Assembly: GCF_001194135.2 (NCBI RefSeq)
Contig: NC_069004.1
Location: forward strand, 31,924,732 to 31,988,731
Source of the DNA: Octopus bimaculoides
Taxonomy: Eukaryota
Length of the DNA: 64,000 nt
Reading direction: 5' to 3'
Under the pieces are notes generated by a model. That model made no database searches. It had not been told where the DNA came from and worked only from the letters and a program-made list of their open reading frames with translations. The translations under genes and the position numbers were made by a program. Positions 37,948 through 48,649 of this stretch are shown here, one piece after another (the stretch's first letter is position 1; each line of letters starts with the position of its first letter).

Positions 37948-38215
37948 TGTACTTTATATATTCACTTTATAGATTTTATGCACAATTTTATAGACTTAGT
38001 ACACAGCACTCATAAAAATAAATATTTACTCTTATTTTTCCATTTTTCTCGTAAACAAACAAAAAATATCCCGTACATATGATACAACCTTTAGTTTGTC
38101 ATGTAAATAAATGTGAATGTTTCACAGAATATTGCACTTAAGCGTAAGCGTCAAGTGATATAAAAATCTTAGTTCTATTAAAAACAAATACACTTTTCAC
38201 TATCCAGTCATCACT

Positions 38216-38246
<31 letters not shown>

Positions 38247-38439
38247 TCTCGCTCTCTCTCTCTCTTTATCCTCACCATCAGAACATCCCTCTGCTAAGAT
38301 TATTATGCTCCCCCTACCTCACATCATGGATGCTTCTCTCTCTCATTTTTTTTCTCTCTCCGTCTTTTTCTCTTTCTCTCTTTCTCTCACTCTCTGCTTT
38401 ATCCTCGTTTTCTTTCTCCTCTCTTTCCTTTCTGCTCAC

Positions 38440-38637
38440 CATGACACACAAACACACATACATATACATATATACGACGGGCTTCTTTCAGTTTCCGTCT
38501 ACCAAATTCACTCACAAGGCTTTGGTCGGCCCGAGGCTATAGTAGAAGATACTTGCCCAAGGTGCCACGCAGTGGGACTGAACCCGGAACCATGTGGTTG
38601 GTAAGCAAGCTACTTACCACACAGCCACTCCTGTGCC
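38440..38637 (-). mobile_element. SINE family A, 5' half, young copy
   Basis: Near-identical reverse complement of 13393-13570. Confidence 0.9.
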
Positions 38638-39005
38638 TACAGGAGTGTATACATATTTATGTATGAGTGTATGTGTATACATACACACACACACACACAC
38701 ACACACAGTGTGTTCAGACCCCACACTAATATAGATAACAATGTTCATACAAACACAACCACAAATATCTCCTCTCCAAAATAGCACCCTTATTACCTGC
38801 AGTTCAACCCCTATCTCAGGTGTGTAAACGAGCTTCTCTGCTCTGGGGCCCCTTATATGACTACATAACACCTGACTTGCTTTTTTTCTCTTTCTGTTGA
38901 GATGTTCTGTGTTCATACTGATGTTAACATTGATGATGATAATGATGGTGTATCTTAATTTCTTCTAATATTTCTCTGTTATTTTCCAGTATCACCACTC
39001 CCACC

Positions 39006-39072
39006 ATGACCACCTCCTCCTACCAAATGGATACTAAATTATTACTCTTCCTACTTCTTTTAATACCCCCTG
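39006..39072 (+). CDS. Coding exon 1: signal peptide MTTSSYQMDTKLLLFLLLLIPP (exon begins 38990 with 16 nt of UTR)
   Basis: Acceptor tttctctgttattttccag|38990; ATG in CCACCATG context (second in-frame ATG at 39027); Leu-rich h-region; donor CCTG|gtaagt, phase 1. Joins next exon to give ...LLIPPVLS-VVMTW, a plausible cleavage site. Confidence 0.85.
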
Positions 39073-39556
39073 GTAAGTAATTAAACCGTTTTTTTTTTTC
39101 ATAATTAATCCCAAACATATTCCAGCATTCACTAACAAAGTCACATGACTTCCTATTAGTTTTGTTTTTCTTTTTTTTTTTGATCTTGTGTTGTTTTTGT
39201 TGTTCTTTGCTTTTTGTTGCATATTTTGTTTGTTTACTTTGCATATTTTGTTTAGAATCTTCTGTCATCATTTTAGCTTATGTTATTTCTGCTGAACTTC
39301 TGCTGTTACATAACAAACTTTATGCAAACAAAACATCTCTCATATCATTCGCATGTGTACATATAAATACAGACATTCCTTCACACACACACACACACAC
39401 ACACACACATGAATATATAGATACACCCACGCACACAAACATAGACACACATACATAAATACATTATCAGCACAAGTGTACGTATATAAACACACAGTCG
39501 CATGTTTACCCACATACATAAAACAGAAATACACACATACATACAAATGCACCCAC

Positions 39557-39629
<73 letters not shown>

Positions 39630-40385
39630 CACACACACACACACAACACATTCTACACATCTTTATACACACTCTCAGTTTCACCATCACACACCATCGC
39701 ACATCTGCAACAAGCTGCATGAAGTCCTCTACATCCACTGCTTCTCATTTCACTGTCCGCATAAGCATCTTCTACACACCACATATATACACCTTTATAT
39801 ATACATACTGTTATACACGATCACACGTTTTATAAACTCTACATGTATACACCCTGCCATACATATCACATATACACACCATATATACATTTATATATCA
39901 TTACATAATATACACCCATTGCCTGTAGTCTTGTGTATATACACCATTAAATCTTCTTGAAGGGATGTTAACATTTCTTTTTCTTATACATACATACATA
40001 CACACACACTACTGTACATCACATATTTTATACACACTACAAATATTATACACACTGCATGTAGTCCTCAACATTGACTGTCTGTCCACACAGTATTCCA
40101 TGTTATACACCCACTGCTTGTTGTCCTCTATATACACTGGTCTATACATCCTCACACAATTTCTGTACGCAACATACAGGCTTCTACACACCTTGTTATC
40201 TATACCTATACGTCTCTATACACCCACACACATCTTCAATATACAACATAAATATATATATATATACATTGTCAATAATTCTTGAGCAAAGCACTTCATT
40301 TCACGTTGCCCTGCATTCACCTCAACATCTGACATGTGGTTACACCCTCCACCTGTTCAGGCAACACCGATTTGATGGACAGAGC

Positions 40386-40431
<46 letters not shown>

Positions 40432-40685
40432 CCCTCTGCATCCCACATCCGATCCGACACTCACTGCCTGTAATCCTGCGTATATATACGGCCCTGCACT
40501 GCTATATACACATCCTGACACAATTTCAATACGCAGCATACAGACCTCTACATCTTCCAGTAAGTCCCTATATACACGACTATACATTAGTTACTATACA
40601 CCCGCCTCACACGCCTTCAATGCACCACATATATACACCTCTACTTCGTAAACTCACTACCTGCTATCCTATATATATATATATA

Positions 40686-40730
<45 letters not shown>

Positions 40731-41185
40731 CCATACTCTATCACAGATCTTCAATGCCCAGTATATCAACCTCTACATCTGTCTGCATTCGTCTATATAC
40801 ACTCACCCATGCTACGAATAATCGGCTACACTCACTGACATGTTTCCCTACAATACTATTACATGACTATGTCTAATAAGTACTCTGTCTTGTCTTCTAT
40901 ATATGTAAGTATACACCACCTTACACAACCTTACACATCGTATAATCATATATATATATATATATATGTATATACACACGCATACATATATATATATATA
41001 CATTCCTCTGGTCTACAATGTTCGTAGACAACTTTTGCTAATCGTACACTCGTCACAGTCTGCCACAGACGGGCATTATTGCTTCCATGTTATAGAATCT
41101 CTTTTCTAATTAACATTGGTGTAGACTTCTGGCAAGGGAGGGGGGGAGAATGTGTGTGTGTGTGTGTGTGTGTGTNNNNNNNNNN

Positions 41186-41247
<62 letters not shown>

Positions 41248-41378
41248 ATATCGAGATCAAGAGATGAAGCGAAGAGAAAAATAAGTCATAGACGAATACA
41301 CAACCGTTGAATGTAGCTTGTTAAGATTTTTGACTGATGCTTGTGTGTCTATGTGTGTATTTATATATGTATATATAG

Positions 41379-41414
<36 letters not shown>

Positions 41415-41844
41415 ATGGATATGCATGAATGATTGTATTTGAGCTAACATACAAAATATAGATGCATGTTTACATAGATACACACATGTATATGCATGCA
41501 TAGGTGCACGTATGCATACTTACACATACATACGTGCACATGTATACATACATACACACACTAACGCACCTCTATACGCGCATATTTCTATTTCTTCCCA
41601 GTCGGTTGGGGTGTGGCCTACCCCAAACTTGTTACCCACCCCTGCTGGGACTCCTGATAGTGTGTTGTTAGTAAACACTAATAACTGGCTGATTGCCCAT
41701 TCACCAAAGCACTTCACTGTTTTGTCCCGTTCGCGTCCTCCCCGTACAATCTCTCTCTCTCTCCATCTCTCTCTCTTTCTCTCCCTTCGTCTCTCTTTCT
41801 TTCTCTTTCCCCTCGTCTCTCTCGCTTTCCCTTCGTCTTTCTCT

Positions 41845-41895
<51 letters not shown>

Positions 41896-42718
41896 CCTTC
41901 GTCTCTCTCTGTCTCTTTCTCTATTCCTTTGTCTTTCTCTCCCCTCCTCTCTCCTGACTTCTTTGCTCCTCTCAAACCTACTCATCTCTCTCTCTCTCCC
42001 TCGCCAGAAACTTCTCTAACCACCACACCCATTCCTTCTTCCCCACACCATTATCCCTCCAGAATTCTGCTTCCCTACTCATCTACATTCCCCCCCCTCC
42101 CACAAAGGCTTAAACTGAACACCATCAATACAAACTCCAGCAGTTCTGATTGTGTTGAGGACGAGGAGGCAAGATTGCAACAAGCCACAGGAGCAGACAC
42201 AACTGTGAATCCACTTCCTAACCATATGGCTCTAGGTTCAATTCCACCATGTGGCATCTTGGATAAGTGTCTTCAGGTCTCATGTCATGTTGACCGATTC
42301 TTTAGTATTTGGAAAAAGTTTGTAAAAAGTGTGGGTATGTGCGTGTGAGTTAAGAATCTCACTCTCTGACCGCATGGTTTCAGGTTCAGTCCCACAGCAT
42401 GGCACCTCAGGTAAGGGTCATTTACTAGAGCTCCAAGCCAATGAATGCTTTGCAAGTGAATTTGAGAATTTGGTAGACGGAAACTGTGTGGAAGCCTGTT
42501 GTGTGTGCGTATGTATGTAGGTGTGGCACTTGTCTAAGGTATCACACAGTAGGGCTGAACCTGGAACCATGTGGTTAGGAAGCAATCTTCTTACCACAGC
42601 CATGCCTACAGCTCAAGAAAAACGAAAACTCTCTCTTTGTGCCGTCCTGAGTGTCATGTGACTTTCTTTTCTCAATTTCTTATAATTATTTATATGGATT
42701 TTTTTTTTCTTTTTTCAG

Positions 42719-42886
42719 TGCTGTCAGTTGTGATGACATGGGGTCCTTGGGGATCTCTTTCTGGCTGCTCGAAGACTTGTGGATTTGGCACTGAAGAAAG
42801 GACACGCTATGTTGTCGTCGACGGCAGGGAGGACGAGGAGAAAAAAGAAACTCAAATATCTCAATGTTATCTTACACACTGTCCTG
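42719..42886 (+). CDS. Coding exon 2: thrombospondin type-1 repeat #1 (VLSVVMTWGPWGSLSGCSKTCGFGTEERTRYVVVDGREDEEKKETQISQCYLTHCP)
   Basis: Acceptor ttttttcttttttcag|, donor CCTG|gttagt; 168 nt, symmetric phase 1-1; WxxW, CSxTCGxG and RxR motifs. Confidence 0.93.
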
Positions 42887-42954
42887 GTTAGTAACTCCTC
42901 TTTTGTTACACTACCAACATATCTCTACCATGCATCACCATCCCTCTATGCCTT

Positions 42955-43345
42955 AGGTCACCATCTCTGTTCATTTTAACCAAATGTCCCTCTCTGAATT
43001 ATGCCACCACCTCTGTCCCTTTTAACCAAATGTCCCCCTTTGCTTTATATCACCACCTTTGTCCCCTTTTTAACCCTTTAGCATTCAGATCATGCCGTCA
43101 ATGTTTATTTATTCACATTGTTTTGAATTAATCTCGTATTATCTTGTAGCTTTGAGATATCAACGATGTAGTTGTCTATTTTAAGAATGACATTGCAAGG
43201 TAGGTGTGAGAGGCCAGATCTGGCCAGTTTGAACATAAAGCAGGTAGAATATTTTGGGCCGGATATGGCTGGTTTAAACACTAAAGGGTTAACCAATACC
43301 CCTCTCTGAATTATATCACCATCTCGGTCCCTTTTAGCCAATATC
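42955..43345. repeat. ~45-50-bp minisatellite (caccatctctgtcccttttaaccaaatgtccctctctgaattat) interrupted by a MITE
   Basis: About three units left and two right of the 43074-43288 MITE. Confidence 0.8.
43070..43292. mobile_element. piggyBac-type MITE family 2, intact copy (215 bp)
   Basis: TTAA|CCCTTTAG...CTAAAGGG|TTAA. Confidence 0.87.
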
Positions 43346-45514
43346 CTCTTTGCCTTATATCCCTATCTCTGCAACACACTACTAGATAACTACCATTAAC
43401 CCTAATGGGCATCGTGTTGTGCAATGGAGAGGACATGTCCTCTAGTGGGGACCATGGAGTATAGTGAGAAGGGCATTTGGGAAAACATGTAGCTGTCATA
43501 TAGTGTAATATAATGGGACATGATACTGATATGTGAGATGAACAATAACATGTTCTATGTTACCCTAGGTTAACTAATATACCTACTTCTTCTATAAACT
43601 GGCCCTCCTTTGGTTATGACGACGAGGGTTCCACTTGATTTGATCCATGGAACAACTTGCTTGTAAACTCAATGTGCAAGTGGTCGAGCACTTCACAAAC
43701 ATGCATACCCTTAATGTAATTCTCAGGGGGATTCTGCATGACACAGAACATGACAAAGCTGACCCCTTTGTAATTACAGGTACAAATCATTTTTGCCAGA
43801 TGAGTGGACTGGAGTAACAAGAAATAAAGTGTCTTGTTCAAGGACTCAGCACTGACAGGAATTGAACTCATGGCTTTATGCTTGTATACCAAATATCTTA
43901 ACCACTAAGCCACACACCTTCACTACCTCTTCTATAATATTATTCTAGGTTAACAAGTGACATCTCATTAGTTAACCTAGGATAACACTGTAGAACAGTT
44001 AGAAATGTCATAACGTCTCTATTATCCTAGGTTAAACAGGGTTTATAATTGCCTTTATATTGTTAACCCTAATTTAACTATAGATTTTCATGTGAAATAT
44101 TTCATTCCTAAACTCATTTCTTGTGTCATCCGAGGTTAACATTAAAAAACAGATATGTTATAACCTTTCTATTGTTAACCTAGGTTAATGAATGTGACAA
44201 CTTCCCATCTCCCATCGCATAGCAACAACTATAGCTACATATATTTCAATAATAATGATAATAATAATAATAATAATGATAATAAATCTCTTTATGACTG
44301 TTTTCATATTCCAAAATATAATACTTGTGACATTTGTTAATATCCAGTGAACGAGATTACAGATGATGCCAAAACGGCAAATAAAATAAATAAATTGGTT
44401 AATTACCTGAGAATTTCTCAGAGATTTGTGTTCAGGTGTGAAAGGATAATGATTCTACTTATGGTATTTCTTGAAACCTGAGAAGAAATTCCTGTAATTG
44501 ATAAAAGAAATTATTTCGGTAGCTCAGGTGCAAGGCAGCAAAATCTCGCTATTAATTGCAACAGCACTAACAGAGTAAGTTTTTTGTTCTGTTTTTTGTT
44601 TTCTTTATATGTATATGTTCTTAGATTTTTTTGATTTTTTTTTTTTGTTTGGTATTTTGATAAATTTGAGAATTTTTACATCTTTAAAAGCTTCTCAAAA
44701 TCCACAATCTCAGATTTGCGTACTGTTTATTATCTCTGCACTCAATTTGACAGTTAAAGGCAAGGAAATGATGGCTTAAGATTGTAAAGAAGAGGAGAAA
44801 ATTAATTGAAGCCATCATCATCATCATTAAATGTCTGTCTTCTGTGCTGGCATGGGTAGGATGGATTCATAGGAACTGGCAGTCGTCAAGTAACTGCACA
44901 GAGTTCTGCTGTCTGCTTTGGCATGGTTTCTATGGTTGGATACTCTTCCTAACACCAACCATTTCACAGTGTGTGCTGGGTGCTTTTTATGGGGCACCAA
45001 GTAACTTGTGAGACAAGGATCCCCTCAACTGAGAGGGGGAGTAGTATTGAGGGGGGTCGTGCCAGGTAATGAAAAATAGATGATAAAAGGGATGGAAAAA
45101 AGTGTCTTATTATAGAGAAGATACATGGCAACCCCAGTCAGAGAGAGAGGAGTGTTTAACAGAAAGTTTGTTCATTTTGTGTTTTAATATTTAATGGGCT
45201 GGCTGTTGTGTTTTAATGGGCTGGCTTTTGTATTTTAATGGGTTGACATTTGTATTTAATGATTTAAAGTATTGGCATCATCTGCATTGTCTGGCGATGA
45301 ACGAAAGTCAGGAAAAAACTCCATCTTTGGTGGAGAAATCTTCTATTTTCAACTTGATTTCCTTCATCGATGCTTTGGCACATTACACAAAGACACTCAG
45401 GTATCAACTGATGATGGTCATATGCATGTACAATTTTTGAAGCATCAAATGATGACATCTGCTGTTTTAAGGGTTAAGGTAGCTGTGAAGCTGTCACTTG
45501 GGTGCAGATTTTAG

Positions 45515-46170
45515 GTGCAGGTGTGGCTGTGTGGTAAGAAGTTTGCTTTCCAACCTCATGGTTCTGAGTTCAGCTCCACTGTGTGCCGCCTTGGGCAAAT
45601 GTTTTCTACTATAGCCTCAGGCTGACCAAAGCTTTGTGAGTGGATTTGGTAGATGGAAACTGAAAGAAGCCCATCATATATACATGTGTGTGTGTGAGTG
45701 TAAAGATAAGATCCAAGGATCAAAGTGTAGAAAGTTAGTAAGCTTCAAGCAATCCATAGAAGATATGAAAAAACAACTTTCAGGAAAAATAGTGGTTTAT
45801 TGGAGCAGAAGGTTGTGAATTTTTCCTGTATTGAGGTTTGTAAACTTGATGTAATCAAAGAATCCTTGGTCTGAAGAATAGTCACAGTCTACTTTCATTT
45901 GGATAATTACTACTTCCGAGGTTCTGCTAGCTATGAAACATTTGTAGCCTGGATTTTTATCTACTCCATTCCCTAATTCTTGGATATATATGTGCGTGTG
46001 AGTGTCTTGTGTGTCCCCGACTAGCACTTGACAACTGGTGTTGGTGTGTTTACATCCCCATATCACTAGAGGCTGATAGGAAAAGGACCAAGCTTAAAAA
46101 AATTAAGTACCTGTTTGACTAAAACGTTTCAAGGCAGAGCCCCAGCATGGCCACAATCTTATGACAAACA
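45515..46170 (+). mobile_element. SINE family A with ~300 bp of unrelated sequence in its internal microsatellite
   Basis: Head 45515-45685, tail 45990-46170. Other partial A copies at about 5425-5600(+), 7810-7970(-), 19470-19700, 20212-20375(+), 30907-31056(-), 42345-42510(+) and 42520-42608(-). Confidence 0.7.
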
Positions 46171-46261
46171 ATTACAAAAAGCATAAAAGAATAATTCACT
46201 GAATTAACCCATTCCTTTAATAATGTTTTCTTTTTTTATATATGTATATATATTCCCACAG

Positions 46262-46435
46262 TTGATGGCAATTGGACTTTATGGAGTGGATGGTCAGTAT
46301 GTACCAAGAACTGTGGTCCAGTCGGTGTCCAGAAACGAGTAAGGCTCTGTTCCGCACCATATCCTAGCTATGAAGGTAAAGATTGTACGGGACCTTCATC
46401 AGAAACTAAACCCTGTGAAAATGAACCATGTCCCA
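46262..46435 (+). CDS. Coding exon 3: thrombospondin type-1 repeat #2 (VDGNWTLWSGWSVCTKNCGPVGVQKRVRLCSAPYPSYEGKDCTGPSSETKPCENEPCP)
   Basis: Acceptor tattcccacag|, donor CCCA|gtaagt; 174 nt, phase 1-1; canonical VDGxWxxWxxWxxC...RxRxC..P.P...GK.C.G...E...C...PCP with 6 Cys. Absent from the ORF track because it has no start codon. Confidence 0.95.
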
Positions 46436-46589
46436 GTAAGTTGACAAAGAATTCTAAACCGTTTTCAGCGTTTTCTTTCACTTTTTCCTTTTTTTAATTT
46501 CTCACTGCCCTTTTTTCTGCTGATATCAGATGATGGGGCAAGGCACTGAGTTGGGGAAATTTTCAGCTAGCTCCTTACGATGTACTTGG

Positions 46590-47475
46590 TTGCATTTCAT
46601 TCATCTGTCTTTACGTTCTGAGTTCAAATTCTGCCGAGGTCGACTTTGCCTTTTATCCCTTCGGGGTCGATTAAACAAGTACCAGTTAAGTGCTGGGGTC
46701 AGTGTAATCTACTAGCTCCCTCCCTTCAAATTTCAGGCTTTGTGACTATAGAAGAAAGGATTATCATCATCATCAAGGCAGCAAGCTGGGTGAAATGCTT
46801 AGACATTTCGTCTATCTTTATATTCTGAGTTCAAATTCCACTAAAATCAACTTTGGCTTTCATCCTTTTTTGAGGTTGATAGATTAAGTACNNNNNNNNN
46901 NNNNNNNNNNNNNNNNNNNNNNNNNNNNNNNNNNNNNNNNNNNNNNNNNNNNNNNNNNNNNNNNNNNNNNNNNNNNNNNNNNNNNNNNNNNNNNNNNNNN
47001 NNNNNNNNNNNNNNNNNNNNNNNNNNNNNNNNNNNNNNNNNNNNNNNNNNNNNNNNNNNNNNNNNNNNNNNNNNNNNNNNNNNNNNNNNNNNNNNNNNNN
47101 NNNNNNNNNNNCTGAGGTCAGTTTTGCCTTTCATATTTTCAGGGTCGATAAATTAAGCACCAGTGAAATACTGTGACTTACCCCCTCTCCATAAATTTCA
47201 GGCCTTGTGCCTATCATAGCAAAGATTATTATTATTACTACTACTACTACATAAAGTGGGGAGCTGGCAGAATTGTTAGCACGCTAGATGAAATGCCTGG
47301 TGGTATTTTGTCTGCCATTATGTTCTGAGTTCAAACTCTGCTGAGGTCAGTTTTGCCTTTCATATTTTCAGGGTCGATAAATTAAGTACCAGTGAAACAC
47401 TGGGGTTGATGTAATCGACTGCCCCCCCTTCCCCAAAATCTGAGGCCTTGTCCCTTTACTAGAAATGATTAGTAT
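46590..47475 (+). mobile_element. Tandem SINE family B copies (about 4, spanning a gap) in the intron before the LDLa exon
   Basis: Repeated B core motifs separated by (ATC/ATT)n. Confidence 0.8.
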
Positions 47476-47712
47476 TATCTAACCTGTAACCATCCTTACC
47501 AGCAACATGATTGTTGCTGTTGTCTTCAAAGCCATCCTCACTTATCATTGTTATTATCGTGAGAACCATCATCATCATGATCATTACCATCACTAAACCA
47601 ACCTCCACCACCACAACCTTTCACTGCCACCACCATCCTTTTTCCAAGATCTAAAAACTCCCACCCATTCAAATACTTACCTTCTTTTCTTCTTCTTTGT
47701 TTCGTTTTCCAG

Positions 47713-47945
47713 AAATTCCTCCAGACTTTGACATCAGTGTGTGTAAAAAAGAAAATAAAAGTATATTTATATGTAAGAGTGAGACTCATTGTATTCCGAT
47801 GACAGAACGGTGTGATAAAAAACTACATTGCAACGATGGAAGCGATGAACTCAGGTGTTGGTTAAAATCTCAAAGTGGTAAGATTCCTGCAAGTCTTTGC
47901 ACTTTGCTTCTTCTTTCTGCAGCCTTATTTTCTCTTTGTTTATGA
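47713..47945 (+). CDS. Coding exon 4: LDL-receptor class A module plus C-terminal GPI-type signal (KIPPDFDISVCKKENKSIFICKSETHCIPMTERCDKKLHCNDGSDELRCWLKSQSGKIPASLCTLLLLSAALFSLCL*)
   Basis: Acceptor cttctttgtttcgttttccag|, phase 1; six Cys and DGSDE motif; small residues SQSG, short spacer, then a 16-residue hydrophobic tail ending at TGA 47943-47945. Confidence 0.92.
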
Positions 47946-48120
47946 TTGTTATTATGATTGGTGACATGCAAGGGAGGATCTGTTTCACCCACCTAGGCAT
48001 GGCAAAATATTTGTTGAAATTCGTGTGTGTTCAAATATACATACATATATATGTATATATGGAGTCAACTTGCCATATAACAGCTGTTTGGAAATCTGTT
48101 GTCATACATATATATAAAAA

Positions 48121-48371
48121 AAGAAAAGAAAATGGAGATTAGGAAGTTAATAATTGTTTATTATTGGTCTTCTTCACTTACAGCTGTTTCAATTAATGCT
48201 CAATAAACATTAAATTTACATTTATGTGACATGAACACAATATCATTAGAGGAAAAAAGATAACATCCAAATGTAAATTTAATGTTTACTGAGCATTAAT
48301 TGAAACAGCTGTAAGTGAAGATGACTAATAATAAACAATTATTAACTTCTTAATCTCCATTTTCTTTTCTT
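48121..48371. repeat. Long inverted repeat: 103-bp arms (48121-48223 and 48269-48371), 45-bp spacer
   Basis: Base-by-base pairing (i+j=96492) gives 99/103 Watson-Crick pairs; exceptions on the + transcript are G48142:U48350, G48166:U48326, U48170:U48322 and A48203:C48289. Confidence 0.95.
48202..48335 (+). promoter_or_regulatory. Candidate polyadenylation signals AATAAA (48202-48207, 48330-48335)
   Basis: First two AATAAA hexamers downstream of the stop at 47945; usage not demonstrated. Confidence 0.45.
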
Positions 48372-48604
48372 CTTTTAAATGAATATAAACTATATATTTT
48401 AGTATACACCCATTAGTTTTAGGAAATTCATTCCCCCACCCAAATACTAGGTATTGAAGCAGTATTTCCTTGAATGAAACCATCCCTCCATGAGATTTAC
48501 ATATCCTCTAATTAAATTTAATAATTATATATTTTTTTTCTCACTCTACATACATGTATGAGAAATTATGATAAACACAAGTGTATATCATTTGTGTATG
48601 TGTG

Positions 48605-48649
<45 letters not shown>

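Larger units (their letters stand above)
38990..48335 (+). other. Gene model: secreted/GPI-anchored TSP1-TSP1-LDLa protein (213 aa), 4 coding exons; upstream 5'UTR exon(s) not located
   Basis: Four exons with GT-AG boundaries join in phase 1 throughout (junction codons G|TG=V, G|TT=V, A|AA=K). Total 67+168+174+233=642 nt with no internal stop. End coordinate is taken at the second AATAAA and is tentative. Confidence 0.87.

Noticed and set aside
44407-44574. Exon-like signals in intron 3: + 44528-44574 (donor AGA|gtaagt) and - 44491-44407
   Set aside because: The + unit is not phase 1-1 and would break the frame; the - unit is closed in all frames. It could be a UTR exon, but there is no support.
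45690-45985. Insert within SINE A with ORF 45797..46066 (-)
   Set aside because: No recognisable motif or splice sites; probably a decayed retroelement fragment.
48184-48310. Cassette exon defined by acceptor cttcacttacag| in the left hairpin arm and donor |gtaagt in the right arm
   Set aside because: The two signals are just reverse complements created by the palindrome, and the AT-rich interior shows no coding character.
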